Assembly: GCA_015520525.1 (NCBI GenBank)
Contig: WAPY01000002.1
Coordinates: 1-26,210 of the forward strand
Direction: 5' to 3'
Origin: Candidatus Woesearchaeota archaeon
GTDB taxonomy: Archaea; Nanobdellota; Nanobdellia; Woesearchaeales; WAPY01
Length of the DNA stretch: 26,210 nucleotides
Shown here piece after piece: positions 1-8,162 of this stretch (position 1 is the stretch's first letter; the number at the start of each line of letters is the position of its first letter). The notes beneath the pieces are model-generated. The model was given only the letters and a program-made list of their open reading frames with translations, had not been told where the DNA came from and did not search any database. Position numbers and translations under genes: made by a program.

Positions 1-285
1 AAGATTTATTCTTATTTTGCATTGAAAAGGTTGTTTAAGGAATATTTTGAGAAAGTGGATTTTTATGTTCCCATTCCCCATTACCAATATGTATTTTCAT
101 TTGCGAACATTAATAATAAAAAAGAAATTGTTAAACAATGCAGGTATGTGCTGAAAAATTTTAGATTGGATAAGCTGCAAAGATTAACTGTTTATTGGAT
201 TCTTTTAACAGCAAAATTGGGCTTAATAAAATTATTCGCTCCCGGATTTATTACCGTTGCAAGAAAACCTAGAAAGAAGAGATAG
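1..285 (+). CDS. 5'-truncated CDS, possibly the C-terminus of a class I SAM-dependent methyltransferase
   Basis: Frame 1 is open from base 1 (KIYSYFALKRLFKEYFEKV...) to TAG at 283-285, so the TTG at 22 is probably internal. The family guess rests on weak resemblance to the distal part of Methyltransf_11/23 proteins and on the neighbouring glycosyltransferase. Confidence 0.4.
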   Translation, partial: KIYSYFALKRLFKEYFEKVDFYVPIPHYQYVFSFANINNKKEIVKQCRYVLKNFRLDKLQRLTVYWILLTAKLGLIKLFAPGFITVARKPRKKR

Positions 286-289
286 AACT

Positions 290-1471
290 TCATTTATTTC
301 TTAATACTTCCTCAAAAACTTCTTTATACTTATTGACAGAGTTCCTCCAGTTAAAGTTTTTCTCTATAAATTTCTGTGCGTTCCTGCCGTATTTTTCTCT
401 CAACTTTTTGTTATTGATCAACTTGAGTATTCCTTCCTTTATTTCTCTTGGGCTGTTACCTTTCAACAAAACACCTGTTTTACCGTCTGTAATAACTTCA
501 TCAGCTCCTTCATAAGGGCTTGCGATTATTGCCCTTCCACAGCACATAGCTTGCAGTAAGGAAGTTGATAAACCCCCTCCTTTATAAGAGGAGTGAACAT
601 AAATGTCGGCAGTTTTCATAATTCCTATCGCATCTTTGAACTTCTTTTTCCCAGTGAAGTAAATTCCATTATTCAAATACTCTCCAGACAGCTTCTTCAA
701 CCTATTTAAATCCTCACCGTAGCCAACAATGATTAAAACTGTTTTCTTTCTCAACTTATCAGAGAGACTTTTGTAGGCGCTTATTGTATTCTCAACACCC
801 TTCCACTTGAATAATCTCCCAACAAAGCACAACTTAACCTTGTTCTTAAATTTTTTATTTATATCTTTATTTGGTTTTATGCTCTAAATCTCTTCTATTT
901 CTAGACCCCTTGGGAGTAAACGAATCTTCGATTTGTCTTTAATGAAATTTTCTGTGATAAAATTATAAACCGCTCTTGATATTGCCACTACGCAATCCGA
1001 TTTTTTGAATATCAACGCTCCTATTGTTTTATCATACAAATACGCTATCTTGTTTGTAATCTTGCTTTCTACATTGACAAATGCGCTTCCATGCTCAACA
1101 TGGATCAATTTTTTCTTGTGAATTCTAAATTTTGCAAATATTAATCCCAATAAAGAGTTTGAGAAAAACCTCGTTTTTGTCATAACAATATCAAAATCAA
1201 TTTTATACATCTTGAGAAACATTCTCCAGAAAGTAATCGTGAATAAGTTAGGTACGGGATAATTTGGTCGTATATCAAAAGCAGGATACCTGTAAACTTT
1301 AACATTGTTGTATTTTATCTCGAAGCTTTTATACTTTGGTATGTTTGGTGCAAACACATAAATCTCGTAGTTTTTATCTTCAGACAAGTATTTTGCGAAA
1401 TCATCAGCGTACTTTTCAACCCCCCCAACATGAGGGACATAATAACCTGGGAAAATAATTAATTTTATCAT
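290..1471 (-). pseudogene. GT4 (GT-B fold) glycosyltransferase interrupted by one in-frame TAG at 884-886
   Basis: ORFs 884..1471 and 290..832 are in the same frame. The junction reads ...RGLEIEEI*SIKPNKDINKKFKNKVKLCFVGRLFKWKG. It has an N-terminal PHVGGVE motif, HVEHGS, FVGRL..KG and SSYKGGGLSTSLLQAMCCG (degenerate EX7E). Joined length is about 393 codons, normal for GT4. Confidence 0.8.
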
Positions 1472-1543
1472 ACTTTCTCATATTCTGTAATGTTTATATA
1501 TTTTTCTATCTCCTTAACTTCAACTTCTTTTGAAGTCTTGAAT

Positions 1544-1555
1544 AAGTTTATAAAT
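1544..1555 (+). promoter_or_regulatory. BRE/TATA promoter of the serpin gene
   Basis: AAGTTTATAAAT lies about 25 nt before ATG 1581. A near-identical element precedes several other genes in the window. Confidence 0.6.
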
Positions 1556-1580
1556 GTGTTTCTGTTTTAGTGTGTTTAAG

Positions 1581-2843
1581 ATGGAAAGAAGAATTATGTT
1601 AATAAGTGTTGTTATGTTGCTTTTGACGGTTGTTTTTGTGTCAGCTGTGGTTTTTCTTTTTCCTTATAATCCAACGACGCCGCCGAAAGCTAACAGTTCT
1701 GGTTGGACACAACAAGGTGTTAAAGAAGTGGTTAACGGCAATAATCAATTTGCGATAAAGCTTTACAAGGAGTTAGAAAATAAAAATCAGGGCAACATTT
1801 TCTTCTCTCCATACAGCACATCCTCTGCTATGGCTATGGTTTATGAGGGAGCAAGGGGAAAAACAGCTGATGAGATTAAGAATGTGTTTCAATTTCCGGA
1901 TTATAATGTCTTAAGACCTAACTTTGCTAGAATATACAATGACATAAATGGAAATCATAAAGATTATACTTTAAGAACAGGGAATGCTTTATGGGTTGAA
2001 AAGACATTCCATTTGCTTCCTGATTACATGAAAACAGTTGAGGAATATTATGGAGGCAAGGCAGTTAATCTTGATTTTAAGAATGAGCCAGAAAGGTCAA
2101 GACAGACTATTAATAATTTTATTGCAAGGCAAACTAATAATAAAATTAAGAATTTAATACCTCCAGGTATGATTGATCCAAACACAAGGATAGTTATTAC
2201 AGATTCTGTTTATTTCAAAGGAACTTGGGAATGGAAATTCGACAAGAAAAACACTGCCAATAAAGAGTTTAAAATAACACCTTCTGAGAAGGTTAATGTT
2301 CCTATGATGGTTATGGAAGGTAGGTTTTTTAACTATGCTGATTTAGGAGATTTACAACTATTGGAGTTGCCTTATAAGGGGGATAAGCTTTCAATGATAA
2401 TCTTATTGCCAAAAGGAAGTTTAAGTTCTATTGAGTCAAATTTGACAGCTGATAATCTGAAAGAATGGGAAGGTAGAATGAATAAGGCAGCTTTAAAAGA
2501 AATAGAGGTCCCAAAATTTAAGTTTAAAACTAAATATTTTATGAGAAATGATTTAGAGAGTTTAGGCATGCCGACTGCTTTCTCGAGCTCGGCTGACTTC
2601 TCAGGGATGGACGGCAGGAGAGATTTATTCATTGGTCAGGTGATTCATCAGGCATATATTGAAGTTAATGAGGAAAAAACAGAAGCAGCTGCTGCTACGG
2701 CAGTAACAATAAGAACTACAGCAATTGATCGTCCAGAACCGAAGATAAAATTCATAGCAGACCATCCTTTCATATTCTTAATACAGCAGAATGATACAGG
2801 CAATATTTTGTTTATGGGGAGGGTTGTTGATCCGAGTAAGTGA
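1581..2843 (+). CDS. serpin (serine protease inhibitor family) with N-terminal signal/membrane anchor
   Basis: Motifs NNQFAIKLY, NIFFSPYS, NALWVE, YFKGTW, hinge EEKTEAAAATAV and the C-terminal signature FIADHPFIFLI...ILFMGRV. Hydrophobic N-terminus ISVVMLLLTVVFVSAVVFLF. Start moved from 1554 to 1581 because ATG 1554 overlaps the TATA box. Confidence 0.95.
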   Translation: MERRIMLISVVMLLLTVVFVSAVVFLFPYNPTTPPKANSSGWTQQGVKEVVNGNNQFAIKLYKELENKNQGNIFFSPYSTSSAMAMVYEGARGKTADEIKNVFQFPDYNVLRPNFARIYNDINGNHKDYTLRTGNALWVEKTFHLLPDYMKTVEEYYGGKAVNLDFKNEPERSRQTINNFIARQTNNKIKNLIPPGMIDPNTRIVITDSVYFKGTWEWKFDKKNTANKEFKITPSEKVNVPMMVMEGRFFNYADLGDLQLLELPYKGDKLSMIILLPKGSLSSIESNLTADNLKEWEGRMNKAALKEIEVPKFKFKTKYFMRNDLESLGMPTAFSSSADFSGMDGRRDLFIGQVIHQAYIEVNEEKTEAAAATAVTIRTTAIDRPEPKIKFIADHPFIFLIQQNDTGNILFMGRVVDPSK

Positions 2844-2964
2844 GTGATTAACTTACTTGTCTTTGAAAGTTGGCAATAACTATGCTTAGAAAAAATAAAT
2901 AATCTATTTTTTATGGCTGCTGTTTCACTAGTGCTTTCTTTTATTTGTTTTATCACACATTCTT

Positions 2965-2976
2965 AAGTTTTATATA
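2965..2976 (+). promoter_or_regulatory. BRE/TATA promoter of the Acr3-like gene
   Basis: AAGTTTTATATA, followed by SD GGAGGT at 3012-3017 and ATG 3024. Confidence 0.5.
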
Positions 2977-3023
2977 CCCATCATTTTATTCTCTGATCTC
3001 TCTTATTAATGGGAGGTAATTTT

Positions 3024-4028
3024 ATGGTGGTTAAAAATAAGTCCTTAATTGAAAGAATACAGAAGAATCTATCAAATAACATGATCTATTATACTCTCTT
3101 AGTTATGATTTTAGGAACATTGTTAGGTTACTTATTCAATCTAAAATTTTTATCTCATTATATTCTTTTAATTGTTTTCATTATGATTTATCCTATGATG
3201 GTTAATCTGTCTATTTCTTCATTGAAAAGAATAAGGGGTTCATTGAAGCCACTTATGGAGGCATTGATCTTAAATTTTATTTATGCTCCTTTAGCTATGT
3301 GGATACTAACATCCATTTTCATCTCGAATCCAAAAATTAAACTTGCTCTTTTGATGCTGTCTATTGCACCATCATCTAGTATGGGTTTAGGTTATCTTGG
3401 TCTTGCTGAAGGTCATATTCTTTCAGGAGCGATAATTGTTGCGTTTGCTTTTCTGGCTTCAGTATTTATTTATCCATTTTTAGGCCAGTACTTTGCTTCA
3501 GGAGCAAACTTAAATGTTCCTTTAGGCTTGATTTTGAAGAACATAACTCTTGTTTTAATTGTTCCTTTACTGCTTGGAATACTGACAAGAGAATATGTTG
3601 AAAGGAAACATGGGCACAGTAAGTTTATAAATGTTAAACCTTATTTCTCTTCAATAACCTTGTTGTCTTTGTATGTTCTCTTATTTTTTATATTTGCCTC
3701 AAAGGCAAATCTCATTATAAAAAGTTACAAAAACATACTCTTATTATTACCAATCGCTATTTTATTTTATGGGATAACCGTTGTTATTCTTATCTTCTTG
3801 AATCGCAGAATCTTTTCATTTGAATATGGAAAACATCAAGCTGTTGTTTTTACCTCTGTAAGTAAGAATGTAGCTTTAACAATAGCAATCCTCATCTCTG
3901 TTTTTGGCAAGGAAGGAAGTTATTTATCTGTCTTCCCTGCTATTATGTCTTTATTCCAAGCGCCTTTTCTGATGCTTTATTTAAGATTCAGCAATAAAAA
4001 GTTGAAGCATCTTTTTAGGCGTTGCTAA
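3024..4028 (+). CDS. Acr3/bile acid:sodium symporter (BART) family transporter
   Basis: About 10 hydrophobic segments. IMIYPMMVNL, LILNFIYAPL and LIVPLLLGILTR match Acr3-type motifs. SD GGAGGT precedes ATG 3024. Confidence 0.8.
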   Translation: MVVKNKSLIERIQKNLSNNMIYYTLLVMILGTLLGYLFNLKFLSHYILLIVFIMIYPMMVNLSISSLKRIRGSLKPLMEALILNFIYAPLAMWILTSIFISNPKIKLALLMLSIAPSSSMGLGYLGLAEGHILSGAIIVAFAFLASVFIYPFLGQYFASGANLNVPLGLILKNITLVLIVPLLLGILTREYVERKHGHSKFINVKPYFSSITLLSLYVLLFFIFASKANLIIKSYKNILLLLPIAILFYGITVVILIFLNRRIFSFEYGKHQAVVFTSVSKNVALTIAILISVFGKEGSYLSVFPAIMSLFQAPFLMLYLRFSNKKLKHLFRRC

Positions 4029-4043
4029 TAAGGAAAGAACAAC

Positions 4044-5462
4044 TTAACCTTTTATAACACCCAAGGGAACTAACTTTGCAACGACCTTTCCAATGCCCAA
4101 GTTGTTTGATACTCTGATCACTTCATTAATATCTTTATAGACCTGAGGAGCTTCTTCTGATATTCCCCTTATTGATGAACCATGAACATAGATTCCTTTC
4201 TTCAAAAGGTCTTTTGAAACTTTGTTGCCGTCAAAAGTGTGGATAGCCTGCTTCCTAGACATCACTCTGCCGGCTCCGTGAGCGGTGCTTCCAAAACTTA
4301 CTTCTTCAGCTTTCTTAGTGCCCACCAAAACATAGGATGCAGTGCCCATGCTTCCAGGTATTAAAACAGGCTGGCCTACATTCCTGTAAATCTCTGGAAT
4401 TTCTTCCCTTCCGGGACCAAAGCTTCTAGTGGCTCCCTTTCTGTGAACAACAAGCTCCCTTTCCTCACCGTCAACATTGTGTTTCTCAACCTTCGCTATG
4501 TTGTGGCAGACCCCATAGACCTGCTCAACATCAGCGTTGAATAAATCATTAAATACTCTTCTAACTTTGTGAGTTATCAACTGCCTATTGACGAACGCAA
4601 AATTAACCCCTGCACTCATCGCCTTAAAGTAGTCCTGGCCTTCCTCAGAGCTGAACGGAGCGTTTATTAATTCCCTATCTGGCAGGTTTTCATAGCCGAA
4701 CTTTTTCTCAAATAGTTCAATATAATCCGAAGCAATTTGATGGCCCAAGCCGCGAGAACCGCAGTGTATCATCGCTGTTATTTGATTCTTATGCAAGCCA
4801 AATTTCTCAGCAACTTTCTCATCATAAATTTCAGCAACCCTCTGAATCTCTAAGAAATGATTCCCACTGCCTAAACTTCCAACCTGTTTTCTGCCTCGAG
4901 CTATTGCTCTCTTGCTGACCTTGGAAGGGTCTGCGTTTTTCATCCTTCCATTTTCTTCAGTTGTTTCCAAATCGTGCTTTGTTGCGTAGCTATTCTTGAG
5001 AGCCCACTCGCTTCCCTTCTCTAAAATCTCCATCATTTCGTCATCGTTAACTCTCATGCCGCTGTATCCTATTCCTGAGGGAACTCTCTTAAATATCTCA
5101 TCAGTTATCTTTCTTATTCTGTTGTTTTTGCTGAGAAAATCATAGTCTAATGAAGTTCTTAAAAGCCTAACTCCGCAGTTAATATCATAGCCAACACCTC
5201 CTGGGCTTATTATTCCCTCATCAACATCGAAGGCTGCGACTCCCCCAATTGGAAAACCATAACCTTCATGAGCGTCTGGCATTGCTAAAGCATGCTTTAC
5301 AATTCCGGGAAGTTTGGCAACATTTACTATCTGCTGAGCTGTATTATCCTTGAGAACATTTCCTATTAATTTGTCAGAGCTGTAAATTATTGCAGGAACT
5401 TTCATATCCCCTTCTTTATCAATTCTCCAAGTAAACTCATTTATCTTTTTCGCGTTGAACAT
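4044..5462 (-). CDS. rtcB: RNA-splicing/repair ligase RtcB
   Basis: MPDAHEGYGFPIGGV, GYDINCGVR, GSLGSGNHFLE, HCGSRG, CHN, HRKGAT, PGSMG, STAHGAGR and EEAP..YK are all intact. SD AGGTGA lies upstream. No intein. Confidence 0.97.
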   Translation of the reverse strand: MFNAKKINEFTWRIDKEGDMKVPAIIYSSDKLIGNVLKDNTAQQIVNVAKLPGIVKHALAMPDAHEGYGFPIGGVAAFDVDEGIISPGGVGYDINCGVRLLRTSLDYDFLSKNNRIRKITDEIFKRVPSGIGYSGMRVNDDEMMEILEKGSEWALKNSYATKHDLETTEENGRMKNADPSKVSKRAIARGRKQVGSLGSGNHFLEIQRVAEIYDEKVAEKFGLHKNQITAMIHCGSRGLGHQIASDYIELFEKKFGYENLPDRELINAPFSSEEGQDYFKAMSAGVNFAFVNRQLITHKVRRVFNDLFNADVEQVYGVCHNIAKVEKHNVDGEERELVVHRKGATRSFGPGREEIPEIYRNVGQPVLIPGSMGTASYVLVGTKKAEEVSFGSTAHGAGRVMSRKQAIHTFDGNKVSKDLLKKGIYVHGSSIRGISEEAPQVYKDINEVIRVSNNLGIGKVVAKLVPLGVIKG

Positions 5463-5471
5463 GCTATCACC

Positions 5472-5891
5472 TTACTTTATTCTGTTGAGTAAAACAGCAG
5501 GGCATACTTTCACAACTCCCTCTATAGATTCCACCTTGCTTATATATTCTTTCATTTCTTTATTATCCTTACCCCAATACTCTAAAAGAATCATGTGATC
5601 TCCACTGCTTGTAAACAGAGTTTTCACATTGGAGTCATTCCTTAATTCTTCAATAACTTTAAAGTATGATTCAGGCAGAGTATCAACACCTATAATCCCG
5701 ATCAAGAAATTAACCTTTTTTGGATTTAATTTTATTGTGAAGCCATCAATGATGCCTTTCTCAATAAGTTGAGCAACTCTTTTTCTTACGGCAGTTTCAC
5801 TGACTCCAAAGTGTTCTGCTATTTTAGTGAAGGACATTCTTGAGTCCTTTTCCAACAATTCCAACAAATCTGAGTTTGAAAAACGAACCAT
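5472..5891 (-). CDS. Lrp/AsnC family regulator, LrpA-like
   Basis: HTH LEKDSRMSFTKIAEHFGVSETAVRKRV and C-terminal GVDT.PE...SSGDHMI...IEGVVKVCPA closely follow Pyrococcus LrpA as I recall it. ATG 5891 is preferred over the ORF-track start 5909. It ends 9 bp before the rtcB start. Confidence 0.9.
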   Translation of the reverse strand: MVRFSNSDLLELLEKDSRMSFTKIAEHFGVSETAVRKRVAQLIEKGIIDGFTIKLNPKKVNFLIGIIGVDTLPESYFKVIEELRNDSNVKTLFTSSGDHMILLEYWGKDNKEMKEYISKVESIEGVVKVCPAVLLNRIK

Positions 5892-5944
5892 AAATATATA
5901 AATGAGCACTTATTTATTAATTTTACGATTATTTAAGTTTGTTT

Positions 5945-5969
5945 TAGAAAGTTTTATAAACTTCTAGAA
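5945..5969 (+). promoter_or_regulatory. BRE/TATA of the peroxiredoxin operon embedded in an inverted repeat
   Basis: AAAGTTTTATAAA at 5948-5960. Inverted repeat AAGTTT-TAT-AAACTT at 5949-5963 and palindrome TTCTAGAA at 5962-5969. SD GAGGTGA at 5982-5988. Confidence 0.6.
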
Positions 5970-5994
5970 CAAATAGAACATGAGGTGAATAAAA

Positions 5995-6678
5995 ATGGAA
6001 GAAGATGAATATGTTGAAGAAGAGGAATATACACTACCTTTAATTGGGGAGACATTTCCAACTATAGAAACTCAAACAACAGAAGGAAAAGTTGTTCTGC
6101 CAGAGCATTTTAAGGGAAAATGGTTTGTTCTATTCAGCCACCCCGCTGACTTCACACCTGTGTGCACAACAGAGTTTGTAGCATTCCAAAAAAGGTATGA
6201 AGAGTTCAAAAAATTGAACTGTGAGCTTATAGGGTTGAGTATAGACCAAGTTTTCAGCCACTTAAAGTGGAAGGAATGGATAAACGACAATTTAGGAGTT
6301 AAAATAGAATTCCCAATAATAGCAGATGATACAGGGGACATAGCAAGACAACTTGGAATGCTGCATCCAAACAAAGGTAAGAACACAGTGAGAGCAGTAT
6401 TCATAGTTGATCCAAAAGCAGTGGTTAGAGCGATACTTTACTACCCGCAAGAGTTAGGAAGAAACATGGATGAAATCTTGAGAATGGTCAAGGGACTTCA
6501 ACTCTCAGACAAAGAAGGAGTTGCTATACCAGCAAATTGGCCGAACAATGAGATAGTCAAAGATCATGTGATAATAAATCCTGCTTCAAGCGAGGAAGAG
6601 AAAGCGCAGAGATTAAAAGACAAGGAAGAAGGAAAGATTGAATGCTTTGACTGGTGGCTGTGCCATAAGAAGATTTAG
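5995..6678 (+). CDS. peroxiredoxin, Prx6 subfamily (archaeal type with C-terminal cysteines)
   Basis: [15 protein letters not shown] (peroxidatic Cys), [22 protein letters not shown] and C-terminal [11 protein letters not shown]. Confidence 0.96.
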   Translation: MEEDEYVEEEEYTLPLIGETFPTIETQTTEGKVVLPEHFKGKWFVLFSHPADFTPVCTTEFVAFQKRYEEFKKLNCELIGLSIDQVFSHLKWKEWINDNLGVKIEFPIIADDTGDIARQLGMLHPNKGKNTVRAVFIVDPKAVVRAILYYPQELGRNMDEILRMVKGLQLSDKEGVAIPANWPNNEIVKDHVIINPASSEEEKAQRLKDKEEGKIECFDWWLCHKKI

Positions 6679-6691
6679 AAACATTTAACTA

Positions 6692-6714
6692 TTTCTTTTA
6701 TTTTTATTTTTATT
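6692..6714 (+). terminator. oligo-T tract, putative archaeal terminator/attenuator after the peroxiredoxin gene
   Basis: TTTCTTTTATTTTTATTTTTATT directly after the stop. It is nearly identical to the tract after the H1-like gene. Confidence 0.5.
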
Positions 6715-6728
6715 AAAAGGTGATTATC

Positions 6729-7898
6729 ATGAAGGATACTTTAGAAATAAAACCAAACATAATTATGCTAAGCTCAAAGGATGCTGAGAGAAAAACATTT
6801 GACTCAATCTTTCCCTTGAAAAAAGGAACAACATACAACGCTTACTTAATAATTGGAAGCGAAAAAACAGCATTAATAGACACAGTTGATCCAAGCAAGA
6901 AAGACGAGTTAATTTCGAGATTGAAAGAGATGAAAGTTAAGGTTGATTACATAATATCAAACCATTCAGAACAGGACCATTCAGGTTCAATACCCTACAT
7001 TCTTGAAATGTTCCCAACTGCAGAAGTTGTTGCAAGCAAAATCGGAAAAGGCTTCCTAACTGATTTATTAGGCGTTGACGAAAACAAAATTATAGAAGTT
7101 GGAGATAATGATAAAATAAGTTTAGGTGATAAAACACTTAAGTTCATAATGTTCCCTTCAGCCCATTGGCCTGAAACCATGATGACTTATCTTGAAGAGG
7201 ACAAGATTTTATTCACATGCGATGTGTTCGGCTCGCATTACTCTTTTGAAAATCCTTATTTCACAGAGGAAGTTTTAGAATATGAGAAAGAATACTACGC
7301 AGAAATAATGATGCCCTTCAGGAAAACAATAAACTTCAACCTGAAAAAACTTGACAACCTTGATATAAACTTAATCTGCCCAAGTCATGGACCAATACAT
7401 AAAGAACCACAAAGAGTAATCAACTTGTACAAAAAGTGGACATCTGACGAGACAGATAAAGAAGTTACAATAGTTTATGCGTCAATGCACGGGAGCACTA
7501 AGAAAACAGTAGATTATATTGTTGAGAAACTCGCTGAAGAAAAAATAAAAACAAATGTTGTTGATGTGTCAAACTTTAATATTTCAAACCTCTTCACAAA
7601 CTTAGTGAGCCCGCATACTTTAATCATTGCGACGCCGACAGTGCTTGGAGGTCCTCACCCTGCAATAACCTTAGTGGCTATGATGCTGAAAGCCTACAGA
7701 CCAAAGGTTAAACAAGTTCTATTAGTGACCTTATACGAGTGGGGAAGCAACGCCGAAAAATTCTTGAAAGACACATTGAAAGATTTCAACCTGGCAGGCT
7801 CATGGAAGATAAGTGGGAAACCGGACGAGGAAAAATTGAAAATACTTGATATTCTTGTGAAAGAAATAAAAAAGGAGATGAGTAAAAATGATGGGTAA
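6729..7898 (+). CDS. fprA: flavodiiron protein (FprA family; metallo-beta-lactamase plus flavodoxin domains)
   Basis: GTTYNAYLI, NHSEQDHSGS, AHWPE, TCDVFGSH and CPSHGP supply the diiron ligands; YASMHGST is the FMN loop. SD AGGTGA at 6718-6723 supports ATG 6729. Confidence 0.93.
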   Translation: MKDTLEIKPNIIMLSSKDAERKTFDSIFPLKKGTTYNAYLIIGSEKTALIDTVDPSKKDELISRLKEMKVKVDYIISNHSEQDHSGSIPYILEMFPTAEVVASKIGKGFLTDLLGVDENKIIEVGDNDKISLGDKTLKFIMFPSAHWPETMMTYLEEDKILFTCDVFGSHYSFENPYFTEEVLEYEKEYYAEIMMPFRKTINFNLKKLDNLDINLICPSHGPIHKEPQRVINLYKKWTSDETDKEVTIVYASMHGSTKKTVDYIVEKLAEEKIKTNVVDVSNFNISNLFTNLVSPHTLIIATPTVLGGPHPAITLVAMMLKAYRPKVKQVLLVTLYEWGSNAEKFLKDTLKDFNLAGSWKISGKPDEEKLKILDILVKEIKKEMSKNDG

Positions 7899-8160
7899 AA
7901 TACCGCAAAAATTAGATGAAGAAAGAACAGACCTCCAAATATTGAGGACAGGAATCATAGCAGAGCTTGACGCGATAAATTTGTACGAGCAAATGGCTGC
8001 TATGGCAAAAGACAAGAGAATTAAAGAAACATTAATGGATATTGCAAGGGAAGAAAAAGCCCATGTTGGAGAATTTGAATCACTGCTTTTTGAACTTGAC
8101 AAAGAGCAGGCTAAAGAATATGAAGACGGGAAAAAAGAAGTTGAAGAGAGGGGAGAATAA
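7888..8160 (+). CDS. small ferritin-like protein, encapsulated-ferritin (EncFtn)-like
   Basis: IIAELDAINLYEQMA and DIAREEKAHVGEF match the two-helix EncFtn/rubrerythrin-like ferroxidase motifs. 90 aa; the start overlaps the fprA stop. Confidence 0.85.
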   Translation: MMGKIPQKLDEERTDLQILRTGIIAELDAINLYEQMAAMAKDKRIKETLMDIAREEKAHVGEFESLLFELDKEQAKEYEDGKKEVEERGE

Positions 8161-8162
8161 AC

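Noticed and set aside
884-886. Genome-wide TAG reassignment or pyrrolysine as the explanation for the GT4 amber codon
   Set aside because: TAG ends the peroxiredoxin exactly at the family C-terminus (6676-6678), ends the 418-aa ORF 1 bp before the next start (10268-10270) and ends a PHP paralog (23062-23064). No pyl genes or other amber-interrupted genes occur in the window.
1420-1426. G7 tract near the 5' end of the glycosyltransferase as a phase-variation site
   Set aside because: It encodes the conserved Gly-Gly of the GGVE motif, is short, and the gene is in frame across it.
2648-2956. ORF on the minus strand overlapping the serpin 3' end
   Set aside because: Antisense shadow of the serpin plus AT-rich spacer; no recognisable motif or start signals.
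4044-5462. Intein in RtcB, as in some Pyrococcus orthologues
   Set aside because: The 472-aa length and contiguous motifs leave no room for an insertion.
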